A DNA stretch of 55,635 nt from a virus (IMGVR_UViG_3300026268_000003:1-55635); one strand, 5' to 3'. Positions 37,997 to 46,905 are shown, numbered from the stretch's first letter. A program made the numbers and translations. The notes: generated from the letters alone by a model not told the origin.

Positions 37997-38405
37997 TGGA
38001 GCCGGGGAGATTCGAACTCCCGTCCAGTCTGTTTTTTTCAATGAGTCATTCACAACTTAGTTAGGTTACTACCCTCCGAGAAGTTACCTACAAACCACCG
38101 ACTATTTTATTGGATAGTTCCGTACATCTTTATACTCATATGTAAGAGTTGGTGTTCAACTTATTTTATGCTCGGGTGTTAAACAACCCAAGGACTTACG
38201 CGTAAGCGTATGTCGGTTGATAATCCGAAACAGGTTCGTCAACATAGTTGTCAAACATCCGTTCAGAATTGGCGAATTGCCAATCAATTACCAACCCGTC
38301 TAGCGATTTATCGCCAATTAGGTTTGTGAGTCTTTTTTAGCGAGTCTTACTCAAACTCCGTTGCACTCAATTGTCAAATAACACCTGTCGAAACCTTTCG
38401 GCCCC
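37997..38405 (-). ncRNA. ssrA: tmRNA
   Basis: 5' GGGGCCGAAAGGTTTCGAC; 3' GACGGGAGTTCGAATCTCCCCGGCTCCA; acceptor GGGGCCG/CGGCTCC with G3:U wobble; pk1-like element followed by a tag frame ending YAYA-stop. Confidence 0.93.
38196..38315 (-). other. tmRNA tag reading frame (A)GDKSLDGLVIDWQFANSERMFDNYVDEPVSDYQPTYAYA*
   Basis: Resume codon GGC placed after pk1 and CCTAATT; open for 39 codons to a TAA inside the palindrome CTTACGCGTAAG. Confidence 0.7.
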
Positions 38406-38408
38406 ATA

Positions 38409-38762
38409 TTATCTTCCACGACTAGCAAGAAGTGCACCAACATTAACACGAGCACCTTTTTTCCGTTTTATTCTCTTTGTTGGTTTTGGTAAAGAAACTC
38501 CACCAGCACTCAAATCAGAAGTTTTGGAAGTTTTTGTTTTTTTAATAATTTTTTGTAATTCTTTTTCTTCTTGTCTTTTGGCAAATTCAATATCTTGTTC
38601 AAAATCATCTATTTCTGATGGGCGTTCAGTAAGTTGTTGAATATCTTCGGCGTCTCTTCTTTCATTTTCTGTAATAATCTCATATGCTACTTGTAAGTCT
38701 GATATATCACTATTTTCTAACGCACGATGAACGTATTTCATTATCGCTTCTACATTTTTCAT
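38409..38762 (-). CDS. Hypothetical protein with basic C-terminus
   Basis: Coupled (TAATG) to the upstream gene; N-terminal helix resembles that of 38762..39244. Confidence 0.6.
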   Translation of the reverse strand: MKNVEAIMKYVHRALENSDISDLQVAYEIITENERRDAEDIQQLTERPSEIDDFEQDIEFAKRQEEKELQKIIKKTKTSKTSDLSAGGVSLPKPTKRIKRKKGARVNVGALLASRGR

Positions 38763-39244
38763 TAACGTCTTCTCCTACGTTTTTTCGTTGTCTTAGGTTT
38801 ACCAACTTCTTTTTCTAATCTCTCTACTTCAACAGCAATTTCTTTAACTACTTCCATACCCTTATCTGTAGTCAATAATTTAGCAGAAACTTCTTTTAAA
38901 TCCTTCAATTTTTCTTCCTTGTCAACCAATTCATTTTCTGGTGTTTCTATAATAGTATCTAAATCAACAAGTCCTTTTTCTACTGTATAATTAATTGTAT
39001 TTTTATTATAATCACTTACCATTTCAACTACTTCTGGGTCTTTAACTATATTTTCGACTACAGGTGGAAGTGGTTTTCTTGGAGTTTCTATTACTTCTTC
39101 TGCAGTTTGAATTAATTCTTCAGCTTCTTCCATTTGTTCTTCATGTACCTGTTTTAAAAGATGTAACGCTACCCTAGCATCATCTACCGAAGCTTCAAAT
39201 ATAGCAGTATGTATTTTTTCCAATATTAATTGATTTACTTCCAT
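38762..39244 (-). CDS. Hypothetical acidic protein with KKRRRRR tail
   Basis: GGGAG RBS; ATATTTAT at 39261-39268. Confidence 0.6.
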   Translation of the reverse strand: MEVNQLILEKIHTAIFEASVDDARVALHLLKQVHEEQMEEAEELIQTAEEVIETPRKPLPPVVENIVKDPEVVEMVSDYNKNTINYTVEKGLVDLDTIIETPENELVDKEEKLKDLKEVSAKLLTTDKGMEVVKEIAVEVERLEKEVGKPKTTKKRRRRR

Positions 39245-39267
39245 ATAAATTCTCCCAACTATAAATA

Positions 39268-40467
39268 TCAGTTCTTTAATAAATGTGGACTAGCTTCTAT
39301 TTGTCCAGCTCTTGACACTTCCACAAATTCTACTTTAGAATGATACTCACTAATATTGCTAGCACCGACATAGCTACATGAACTATTGATGCCATCTCGA
39401 ATATCATGTAAGATTCTTTTGACTTTCCCTTTGTATGGAATAATTTTGTGATTTCCTTCGACATTTTTATCGTTTCCTTTGAAATCCCTTGACGCGGAAC
39501 CCCTATACTTTTTAAATAATTGTTCGTTTGGCCATTCACCTACTTTTTCAATTTCGCCTGGACTTTCTTTCGTACCAGATAAAAGGGAGCCCAACATAAT
39601 CGTATCAGCCCCGCAACCAAGTCCTTTACAGACATCACCAATAGTACGAACACCACCATCAGCAATAACGGGAGTATTATAATTATCAGCAACGGCGACA
39701 GCATCAAGGAGAGCACTAACTTGAGGCACACCCACGCCTGTTCTAATTCTTGTTTCACATAATGAACCATTTCCCACTCCAATTCTAACCGAGTCCGCTC
39801 CTTGTTCACATAAAAATCGTACTCCTTCTGCCGTGGCCACTGACCCCGCGACGACTTCAACATTATTTTCTCCTTTAAGTTTACTTATAGCGTTACTCAT
39901 TAATTTATGATGACCATGTGCTATATCAATAAATAGTACATTACATCCATTATTTACTAATTCTTTTGCGCGTTCTAAATAATCACCTTTAACTCCAACA
40001 GCCGCACACAATGGTCGTTTAGACCAAATTTTTTCATCATGAATCATAGAATCTGCGAAATAAAATCTTTCTTTTAAATCTTTCCAATCTGATTTAGTAG
40101 GTGGACTATTCCAATGTCTTATACTACTATCCCATTCTTTCCATTCCTTTTCAATAGTTCTTTCTTCACCATCTGTAATGCCTGGTACTCCATCAAAATA
40201 TCTATCCCATTCATAATGTAATGATTTCATCATACGAGCGTGTTTCTCAATACTCTGAAATCTATGTATAACACCAACTCCACCCCAATCCATCATTTCT
40301 TTTGCCATATCTAATTCAGTTACGGTATCCATTGGTGAAGCAACTATTGGAATGGTTAATATAGTATTCTTGGTAAACCTTGTAGTCAAATCTACATCAT
40401 CACGAGATTCTAATTCAGAATACTTAGGAACTATATTTACATCATCATATGTTAATGTTTTTCTCAT
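39268..40467 (-). CDS. IMP dehydrogenase / GMP reductase family enzyme without CBS domains
   Basis: [42 protein letters not shown] (catalytic Cys), [19 protein letters not shown]. Confidence 0.9.
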   Translation of the reverse strand: MRKTLTYDDVNIVPKYSELESRDDVDLTTRFTKNTILTIPIVASPMDTVTELDMAKEMMDWGGVGVIHRFQSIEKHARMMKSLHYEWDRYFDGVPGITDGEERTIEKEWKEWDSSIRHWNSPPTKSDWKDLKERFYFADSMIHDEKIWSKRPLCAAVGVKGDYLERAKELVNNGCNVLFIDIAHGHHKLMSNAISKLKGENNVEVVAGSVATAEGVRFLCEQGADSVRIGVGNGSLCETRIRTGVGVPQVSALLDAVAVADNYNTPVIADGGVRTIGDVCKGLGCGADTIMLGSLLSGTKESPGEIEKVGEWPNEQLFKKYRGSASRDFKGNDKNVEGNHKIIPYKGKVKRILHDIRDGINSSCSYVGASNISEYHSKVEFVEVSRAGQIEASPHLLKN

Positions 40468-40475
40468 ATATCTTT

Positions 40476-40757
40476 TTACGCTTCTCCTTGTGTAGTGTCA
40501 TACATTATTGTTTCATAATATTTTTTTTCTGCTACTTCTACTATTTCGTCAAAATCTTTACCCGTTAAAATCAATTTCAGACCTTCTAATGATTGTATAT
40601 TGTAATGTGTTAAAATCATATCTATTATAACTGAATCTATTGGTGAACTAATTTTCTTATTCCACGGGCCTGGCCTTTTTTTACTTAAATCAAGTGGTTC
40701 ATCCATTATATTTTTTATCCATTTTGTTTTTATACCATTCTTTATTAGGTTTATCAT
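40476..40757 (-). CDS. Hypothetical protein
   Basis: Fits gene packing; true start probably ATG 40706. Confidence 0.5.
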   Translation of the reverse strand: MINLIKNGIKTKWIKNIMDEPLDLSKKRPGPWNKKISSPIDSVIIDMILTHYNIQSLEGLKLILTGKDFDEIVEVAEKKYYETIMYDTTQGEA

Positions 40758-41160
40758 CAGTAGTATTCCACATTGACTTTTTAATTAACTCATCAATTGG
40801 TTTATTCTCTTCACCAAATCTTCCATCACTTTCCCATAATACATATAATGTAGTATCGAGAGCATCTGCAATACTTTTTAATAACATATAATCTTGTGTA
40901 AGATTTAAATCACCATACCACACTTTACCATAATCAAGTATCATTACATTTGCATTCCATACAATCAAATCCTCAGGATGTTCTTCTTGATATCCCCATT
41001 TAGTACCAGATAACATTCTGGCCATATAAAGACCATGAGACTCAAAATATTGCTGTATTCCTTCTACAATCATATCTGGTTTAAAGTCACTCGGATATTC
41101 ACCAGTTAATTTTATTGTTTTATCAATCATGTTATCGGGCCTCCTATATAAATTTCCCAA
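40699..41160 (-). CDS. Hypothetical protein
   Basis: Fits gene packing; true start probably ATG 41130 (ATGA overlap with def). Confidence 0.55.
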   Translation of the reverse strand: MGNLYRRPDNMIDKTIKLTGEYPSDFKPDMIVEGIQQYFESHGLYMARMLSGTKWGYQEEHPEDLIVWNANVMILDYGKVWYGDLNLTQDYMLLKSIADALDTTLYVLWESDGRFGEENKPIDELIKKSMWNTTDDKPNKEWYKNKMDKKYNG

Positions 41161-41777
41161 TCACCACTATCTATAAGTGGTTTAGCTTTTTTGTATTTAA
41201 TTTCTTTATAATCCTTACCATCTGTAATACCAACGATTTCGTTTCTTCCCCACTTCTTTGATACTCTACGTGGTTTTCGTTTTTGTTCTCTATCCATAAT
41301 GGTTAGTCCATTCAAATGGTCTATCTCGTGTTGGACACATACAGCCTCTAACAATCTTAGTTCTTGGTCTTCGTCTTTTCCTTTTTGTTCCCAACTACCT
41401 TTTACATCTTGAATAGTTTCTACTCCACTAAAATACCAACCAGCTTCTTCTTGTTCGCTTTGTATTATTACATTTCTGTATCGTTTTGTGTGAACGCCTT
41501 TCTTTGGAAATGATAAACAACCTTCATAATAACCTATTTCATCCCATTGTTTTGTAATAACGGGATTGATTAAGATAAGGGGCTCCCTAACATTAACCAC
41601 AGCAACAGCGGCGTCAATACCCACTTGGTTAGCCGCAAGACCAATACCATCCTTCCGTTCTGCGAGAATGTTGAGTAAATCTTTTGCAATAGATAATCCT
41701 TCATCTACTGATACCTTTCTTAGTTTTTTATTTATAACTGGATTATTTTCTTTAAAACAATCTATTACTTTATGCAT
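41127..41777 (-). CDS. def: Peptide deformylase
   Basis: GIGLAANQVG, EGCLS and QHEIDHLNG motifs. Confidence 0.95.
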   Translation of the reverse strand: MHKVIDCFKENNPVINKKLRKVSVDEGLSIAKDLLNILAERKDGIGLAANQVGIDAAVAVVNVREPLILINPVITKQWDEIGYYEGCLSFPKKGVHTKRYRNVIIQSEQEEAGWYFSGVETIQDVKGSWEQKGKDEDQELRLLEAVCVQHEIDHLNGLTIMDREQKRKPRRVSKKWGRNEIVGITDGKDYKEIKYKKAKPLIDSGDWEIYIGGPIT

Positions 41778-41934
41778 AAGTTTCCATTTTTACTTCATCA
41801 ATGTATTCTAATTCAATTGGTGGTGGTGGTACATCATAACAAACACATCCATTTAACTGTAATACCAACACACAAATTATTAAAAATAATATAACACCTA
41901 AAACCTTACAGCTTGTTTCTTCAAACGTTGTCAT
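41770..41934 (-). CDS. 54-aa membrane/lipoprotein-like mini-ORF
   Basis: MTTFEETSCKVLGVILFLIICVLVLQLNGCVCYDVPPPP...; coupled at both ends. Confidence 0.45.
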   Translation of the reverse strand: MTTFEETSCKVLGVILFLIICVLVLQLNGCVCYDVPPPPIELEYIDEVKMETYA

Positions 41935-42014
41935 TAAGGAAACCTAAACCAATCACCATCAGCTACATGATACGCTATATATAGTAATATAACTATAACC
42001 ATAAATTCAAACAT
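41934..42014 (-). CDS. 26-aa hydrophobic mini-ORF
   Basis: MFEFMVIVILLYIAYHVADGDWFRFP; AAGGAG RBS; TAATG overlaps at both ends. Confidence 0.45.
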   Translation of the reverse strand: MFEFMVIVILLYIAYHVADGDWFRFP

Positions 42015-42184
42015 TACTTCTCCTTTTGTTCTTTGAGAGAGCCAACTGCCCAACTCATATGTTCACAATACAACTTAGCATCTTCCTCATCTCTTGCCCA
42101 AAACTTATATCCTTCAGTAGAATCCCATTGTTTATAGTTATGAGCTATATGAAGAGGAATATCTTTTCTTTTTTTCTTAGCCAT
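42014..42184 (-). CDS. 56-aa hypothetical protein
   Basis: MAKKKRKDIPLHIAHNYKQW...; AAGGAG RBS. Confidence 0.55.
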   Translation of the reverse strand: MAKKKRKDIPLHIAHNYKQWDSTEGYKFWARDEEDAKLYCEHMSWAVGSLKEQKEK

Positions 42185-42185
42185 T

Positions 42186-42368
42186 TTAATCGGCTCCTTT
42201 TACAAATTTACAATCACATTCATCTACCCAACATGGTGAATCATCTTCCCAACGTCTTTGATGAGTTGCTTGCCAATCAAGACCAAACACCCTTAAATGA
42301 TACATCCGCTTTTTATGCGTTTCAATCATTTCTTTTTGTCTTTTAGTTAATTTATCAACACCCATCAA
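42186..42368 (-). CDS. Hypothetical protein
   Basis: 60 aa; fits packing. Confidence 0.5.
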   Translation of the reverse strand: MMGVDKLTKRQKEMIETHKKRMYHLRVFGLDWQATHQRRWEDDSPCWVDECDCKFVKGAD

Positions 42369-42543
42369 TTATTATTGTGTTCTGGTCTTTATGATAAAGT
42401 CTATCTATTTCTGTTTTACCATAACCACGTTTTTTCAAAACTGTAGCTCTTGTCATATATGTCATTGGAACGTCTGATAAGTTAGGTGGTCTACCAAACT
42501 CATCTACAAATAACATTTCCGATAACCATTTCTTTTTAGACAT
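42355..42543 (-). CDS. Hypothetical protein
   Basis: 62 aa; AAGGA RBS. Confidence 0.55.
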   Translation of the reverse strand: MSKKKWLSEMLFVDEFGRPPNLSDVPMTYMTRATVLKKRGYGKTEIDRLYHKDQNTIIIDGC

Positions 42544-42577
42544 AACTATCCTTTATTTATTGTTAAAATTTTATTTA

Positions 42578-42784
42578 CTAATCAAGTGTTTTAACATTCT
42601 TAGCAACAGCACCTTTTGTACTTTCTCCAATTTCAAATGTAATTTTTTGACCTTCTTCTAAAGTCTTAAAACTATCACTTTGAATTTCGGAAAAATGTAC
42701 AAAATAATCTTTATCGTCTGATATATTAGATATGAAACCATATCCTTTTTTACTATCAAACCATTTTACTTTACCTTCGTTCAT
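42578..42784 (-). CDS. Cold-shock domain protein (CspA family)
   Basis: GKVKWF, KGYGFI (RNP1), YFVHFS (RNP2), FKTLEEGQ. Confidence 0.95.
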   Translation of the reverse strand: MNEGKVKWFDSKKGYGFISNISDDKDYFVHFSEIQSDSFKTLEEGQKITFEIGESTKGAVAKNVKTLD

Positions 42785-42788
42785 TATA

Positions 42789-43217
42789 TTATCCTTTATC
42801 TATTTTATGATTTAAAAAATCTTTTTGTTTCTTTACAGCCTTTTTCAAAGCCGCTTTCTTTTCTTTGTTTCGGGCTAAAAGAATTTGTTCTCTTGTCCGA
42901 CGCTTAGTTTTCTTTGGTGGTCTAACCTTTGTAGGTTTTAACTTGCCCTTCAGTTTAGGTTGTTCTTTACCCTTGTGAAATACATTACCATCTTTATCAA
43001 CAAACTCGTTCATCCAATGCCATCCCGCGGGACGACCAGTTGGTTTATATGATTTAGGTTCTTCTGGGAAATCACAAGTAGCTAAAACACATATAGAACA
43101 AGTTACTGATACGGCTTCATCACCGACACCTCTAACTTCTCTACCACATTTATGACAACACATATAAAGTATACCATCTACTCTATAAGAATTTGATTTA
43201 TTTATTGCAGATTTCAT
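42789..43217 (-). CDS. Zn-finger protein with basic C-terminus
   Basis: CHKC...CSIC; GRPAGWHWM; Lys-rich tail. Confidence 0.6.
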   Translation of the reverse strand: MKSAINKSNSYRVDGILYMCCHKCGREVRGVGDEAVSVTCSICVLATCDFPEEPKSYKPTGRPAGWHWMNEFVDKDGNVFHKGKEQPKLKGKLKPTKVRPPKKTKRRTREQILLARNKEKKAALKKAVKKQKDFLNHKIDKG

Positions 43218-43234
43218 AACCTTCCTTTTTTTAT

Positions 43235-43471
43235 TTAAGCTTCTCCAACAATATCTCCACTAGCTCTTTGGGCTCTATATAACTCATGGTCATTTTTATG
43301 TACCTTTTTTAGCATCTCGTGGATTTGTCTGAAGTCATCTTCATGAGCCATTTCAAATTCAATAATATCATCTATTAAATAGCCAATTATATCTGTAGCC
43401 TTTTCCAAGTCTTCCTTATTAATAGAATCTTCAACTTGTTCTAATAGATTTACTAACTTTGTTATGTTCAT
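43235..43471 (-). CDS. Hypothetical helical protein
   Basis: AAGGAG RBS right after tRNA-Cys. Confidence 0.6.
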   Translation of the reverse strand: MNITKLVNLLEQVEDSINKEDLEKATDIIGYLIDDIIEFEMAHEDDFRQIHEMLKKVHKNDHELYRAQRASGDIVGEA

Positions 43472-43484
43472 TTATTACTCCTTG

Positions 43485-43558
43485 AGTGCCGGGTGAGATT
43501 CGAACTCACGTACAATGGATTTGCAATCCACCCCATTAGACCACTCTGGCACCGACAC
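43485..43558 (-). tRNA. tRNA-Cys (GCA)
   Basis: Acceptor GTGTCGG/CCGGCAC, anticodon arm GTGGA-TTGCAAA-TCCAT, T arm GTGAG-TTCGAAT-CTCAC, U discriminator; CCA not encoded. Confidence 0.9.
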
Positions 43559-43799
43559 GGCCCCTCTGTCGATGCGAAAACTTTTTATTTTGTATTTCAT
43601 TGATGTGTTTACAAAACTTTCTACCCCAACGATGTCTGAATGTAAAAGCTTTACATTCACAAGACCATTCAACTCGATTCGAGTCAAACCTAATATCATA
43701 TGGTTTACCATCTATCGTGTAATGATAAATATCATAGTCATCTACTAAAACACCATCAAATTTTTCGATTAAATAGTTAATCAATTCTTTATTTTTCAT
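43536..43799 (-). CDS. SWIM zinc-finger protein
   Basis: WSCECKAFTFR....FCKH. Confidence 0.75.
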   Translation of the reverse strand: MKNKELINYLIEKFDGVLVDDYDIYHYTIDGKPYDIRFDSNRVEWSCECKAFTFRHRWGRKFCKHINEIQNKKFSHRQRGRVGARVV

Positions 43800-44279
43800 T
43801 TAAAAATCCCCGTCAGCTACTTGAAACACATTAAGTCCAAGAGACCGCCACATTTTAACAACCTTATCCCTGTCATCAACAACAAGAAATACATCATTGA
43901 TATCAACGTGTTTATCTAACATATCTTTTTTAAGAATATCATCTGGTGTAAAATGATTGGTTTTAGAATCTCTCATAACTAATTTTTTAAATGGAATTCT
44001 ATTGTGAGTCAACCAAGACAACGTTGCTGTTGCTGTTTTATCTGACCTACCAGAAAAAATGATGATAGTGAAACCATCATCGGCTAACAATTGAGCCAAC
44101 TTAACAACGGATGGATTAGGTACATCCAACCTAATATTAGACGGGTCAAAAAACTTATCCCAATCCAACTTACCATTTGATTTAGTAGAAACATCCCGTC
44201 TCTTATCAATAAGAGCGAGTGTACCATCAAGGTCAAAAATGACCTTATTCTTTTTAAAATTGTGACCTGATTTAATCAT
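43800..44279 (-). CDS. HAD phosphatase (PseT/PNKP 3'-phosphatase-like)
   Basis: FDLDGT, FSGR, MR....PD...K, VDDR..VV.MWR. Confidence 0.85.
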   Translation of the reverse strand: MIKSGHNFKKNKVIFDLDGTLALIDKRRDVSTKSNGKLDWDKFFDPSNIRLDVPNPSVVKLAQLLADDGFTIIIFSGRSDKTATATLSWLTHNRIPFKKLVMRDSKTNHFTPDDILKKDMLDKHVDINDVFLVVDDRDKVVKMWRSLGLNVFQVADGDF

Positions 44280-44284
44280 AACCT

Positions 44285-44313
44285 AATATACAAATAATGC
44301 AAACAAAAGTCAA
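44285..44313 (-). promoter_or_regulatory. Sigma70-like early promoter TTGACT-N17-TATATT
   Basis: Preceded by A-tract and GCTC; near-identical copies at about 50.5 kb and 53.3 kb. Confidence 0.8.
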
Positions 44314-44392
44314 GAGCTTTTTTTAATTATTTTTAGTGGGCGGGTAAGTTTTGACACTCACGACCTATAGCCTCCCGCCCCATTATCCTTAC

Positions 44393-45187
44393 TTAAAAGG
44401 TATAACTTACTCGTACTGAAACGTCTCCATCTGCGGATAACTCTGAACGAATGTTAGAATTACCGTAGTGATAACCAACACCATACATGGTTTTGGTGTC
44501 ATCACCCATAGATGAATATCCTACAAGAGCAGTGATACCTTTAGTAAAAGACGGCGAGATTACAGCTCTATACCATAAATCCCCACTCGTTTCTTCACTA
44601 AGGTCATACTCAAAATAAGATGCGATTGAACCAAGTGATTCATATGAAAATGTTCCACTTGCATCCAATAGACGTGCTTCATCACTATTGATAGAAACCC
44701 CAGCAGTGTGACCAAGTAATTCGTAAGATGTTCTTACAGAATATGACTGGTCATTGCCGTAAAATCCAGCAATACCTACACCCGCGTATTCGGTAGATGC
44801 TCCAAGTCCAACGGCATAAGCCTGAGAACTTGGTTCACTAACGAATGGATTTCCTGAAGGTCTATGCCAATGATTGGAAAGACCAAAAGGAACTCTTTGT
44901 TGTCCAAGTGTAACGGAAGTAACTTTAGCATCTACATTGTAATATGCTTCTTCTACGTTCACGCCACCCTCTGACAATTGCGATGTAAGTTTCCATCCTT
45001 CTCCACTATAAGAAATTCCTGTATATGGTGTGGTAAAAGATACTGTATCACCTATAGTAATATCAGTACTAAACTCACCACTCCAAGAATTTACCGATTC
45101 AACGGCTTCTTCTTGTACTTCTTCTTGTGCGAAAATAATTCCGCCGAAAAAGACAATAGTAGATAGGATTGTTTTTAGTGTATTCAT
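44393..45187 (-). CDS. Outer-membrane porin-like protein (264 aa)
   Basis: Start revised to ATG 45187 (AGGAG RBS; the longer ORF overlaps tRNA-Ala). Signal peptide ...GIIFA|QEE, EEAY, TLGQQRVPFG, C-terminal VRVSYTF beta-signal. Confidence 0.75.
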   Translation of the reverse strand: MNTLKTILSTIVFFGGIIFAQEEVQEEAVESVNSWSGEFSTDITIGDTVSFTTPYTGISYSGEGWKLTSQLSEGGVNVEEAYYNVDAKVTSVTLGQQRVPFGLSNHWHRPSGNPFVSEPSSQAYAVGLGASTEYAGVGIAGFYGNDQSYSVRTSYELLGHTAGVSINSDEARLLDASGTFSYESLGSIASYFEYDLSEETSGDLWYRAVISPSFTKGITALVGYSSMGDDTKTMYGVGYHYGNSNIRSELSADGDVSVRVSYTF

Positions 45188-45296
45188 CGCGTCACTCCTA
45201 TTTGTTATGTTGGATTCATTTATAATAGGTTGAACCCTTTGACCTATTGTGAGATATATTACAGAATATGTAATGGTCTGATATCTCCTTTCATTG

Positions 45297-45369
45297 TGGA
45301 GCTGACAGGACTCGAACCTGCGACTTCCTCCGTGCAAGGGAGGCACTCTCCCAACTGAGTTACAGCCCC
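45297..45369 (-). tRNA. tRNA-Ala (TGC)
   Basis: GGGGCTG/CAGCTCC acceptor with G3:U70, CCTCC-CTTGCAC-GGAGG anticodon arm, GCAGG-TTCGAGT-CCTGT T arm; CCA not encoded. Confidence 0.95.
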
Positions 45370-45385
45370 AGCTCTCGAACTGTAA

Positions 45386-45673
45386 CTACGTTTTTTCCAA
45401 TTCTTTTAAATCTTCCAATGTTGGTTGTACATATAAATAATACGCTTCTTCCTTTTGAGAATTATCATATATCTCTTCTTGGTCAACCAACTTATTTAAT
45501 TCTCCTACATCTTGGTCATACATATGATTGTTAAACCATTCTTCTAAATCTTCTTTTGTAAAATTTTCACCAAGTTCTTCTACTATCATAGGATACTCAT
45601 CAGTATCAAATTCTATTTGGTCTCTAAATATATATTGTGTAATTGTTTTTAATCTACCTATCCGATATTTCAT
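45386..45673 (-). CDS. Hypothetical acidic protein
   Basis: 95-aa ORF in packing order. Confidence 0.55.
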   Translation of the reverse strand: MKYRIGRLKTITQYIFRDQIEFDTDEYPMIVEELGENFTKEDLEEWFNNHMYDQDVGELNKLVDQEEIYDNSQKEEAYYLYVQPTLEDLKELEKT

Positions 45674-45691
45674 GTTAACCTTTATTTTAAA

Positions 45692-45753
45692 AGTACGGCC
45701 ACCAATTATAAAGAAGGTTCAAGTTATAAGATAACAAACTTGATGACCGTACT
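45692..45753 (-). terminator. Long hairpin, possible terminator or processing site
   Basis: AGTACGGTCATCAA / TTGGTGGCCGTACT 14-bp stem, complete only on the minus strand (G:U pairs), followed by a short T run. Confidence 0.5.
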
Positions 45754-46682
45754 CATTTCTTTTGTGGTGAAATTCTTGCTTGTTTACTTTCCATATTAAT
45801 ATCTGTATTATCATCTATTGGTATACTCATATTATGTAACGCTTCCATTGATGGATTTTCTTCCTCAATATTAAATATCTCCTTAGCTTTGGAAACCAAT
45901 GGTTTTTTTTCACCATATATTTTCCACCATTTTCGCTTATTTTTATTTTTTATCGCAGCGGGTTGGTTACCATTTTTTTCTTTAGCTTCTAACGCTACAT
46001 TATATCCTATAACTAACACAACAGCTAATGGGTCAAACACAAAGATAAGAATAAAGATAAAGAACTTAACTACTGTATCTACATCAGTTCCAAATGTTCT
46101 GGCTAAATAAATGGCTGGCCCCACATCAACTCCAGTTTCTATCAACGCTGTTTTTAAATCACCAATCTCTGCCTTAACTTCTAATATTTCATCATTTACT
46201 TTTAATACCTTTGGATTATAATCTGAACGAAGTTGCCTTTTCGCAGTAATATAATTGTCAGGCAATTCTTCAATAGCAAATTCTAATTCATCTTTAAGAT
46301 ATTGTTTATCTTCTTGTAACTGACTTAATCTATCTTCTTTATATAATAAAACCGTAGATTCTTTTTCAAATTCAATTGTTGCACCTTGATAGGCATTAGA
46401 TAGGAATCCAAATATACCAGCCGATGTTATACCAACTAATGTAATCACACCAACTAACATATAAGTTTTCATCCAAAGATTTATCTTTGTCCAATACCGA
46501 TATAAAAATGTTGCTGTTACTAATTTAGCAAATTCTAAACTACCTGCCATAATAATTACAGCTAAAGTAGCACCAGAAAATAATTTAGATAATCCAAATA
46601 CAGAATAAAATGCGGCACTACCAGCAACAGCTAAGGCCGAAATACCTACAAGGTATGGGAATATTTTACTTCGTTCAAACAT
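45753..46682 (-). CDS. Multi-pass membrane protein with coiled coil
   Basis: Three N-terminal TMs, coiled coil, VGPAIYLA, TM ending FVFDPLAV; ATATTTAT at 46701-46708. Confidence 0.65.
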   Translation of the reverse strand: MFERSKIFPYLVGISALAVAGSAAFYSVFGLSKLFSGATLAVIIMAGSLEFAKLVTATFLYRYWTKINLWMKTYMLVGVITLVGITSAGIFGFLSNAYQGATIEFEKESTVLLYKEDRLSQLQEDKQYLKDELEFAIEELPDNYITAKRQLRSDYNPKVLKVNDEILEVKAEIGDLKTALIETGVDVGPAIYLARTFGTDVDTVVKFFIFILIFVFDPLAVVLVIGYNVALEAKEKNGNQPAAIKNKNKRKWWKIYGEKKPLVSKAKEIFNIEEENPSMEALHNMSIPIDDNTDINMESKQARISPQKK

Positions 46683-46716
46683 ATAAGGTTCTCCTTTTAT
46701 ATAAATATATAAAACC

Positions 46717-46905
46717 TTACTTTATATCTTCAAATTCTGCTTCTATTATGTCCATGCAAAAATAAAAATCTTTACCACTTCTAAGAACTGTATCGGCTCC
46801 CCAACATTTTTTCCAGTACTCTGTACCTTTTTTGTTGGTTACCTCTACACCCATTCTACCCAATATCCAATATAAGGTATCATTAACATTTATATATTTA
46901 CGCAT
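46717..46905 (-). CDS. Hypothetical protein
   Basis: 62 aa; fits packing. Confidence 0.5.
   Translation of the reverse strand: MRKYINVNDTLYWILGRMGVEVTNKKGTEYWKKCWGADTVLRSGKDFYFCMDIIEAEFEDIK

Noticed and set aside
37997-38030. tmRNA/tRNA 3' ends as prophage attachment sites
   Set aside because: No duplicated 3' fragment and no integrase; both flanks are phage-like.
40476-43471. Two small proteins ending in GEA (TQGEA, IVGEA)
   Set aside because: Only three residues, and GGAGAAG can serve as an RBS-like sequence; too weak to call a shared tag.
43475-43748. ORFs 43475..43711 (-) and 43515..43748 (+)
   Set aside because: They overlap tRNA-Cys and the SWIM gene; spurious.
45188-45346. First 53 codons of the 317-aa ORF
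   Set aside because: Run through tRNA-Ala; the signal peptide and RBS define the start at 45187.
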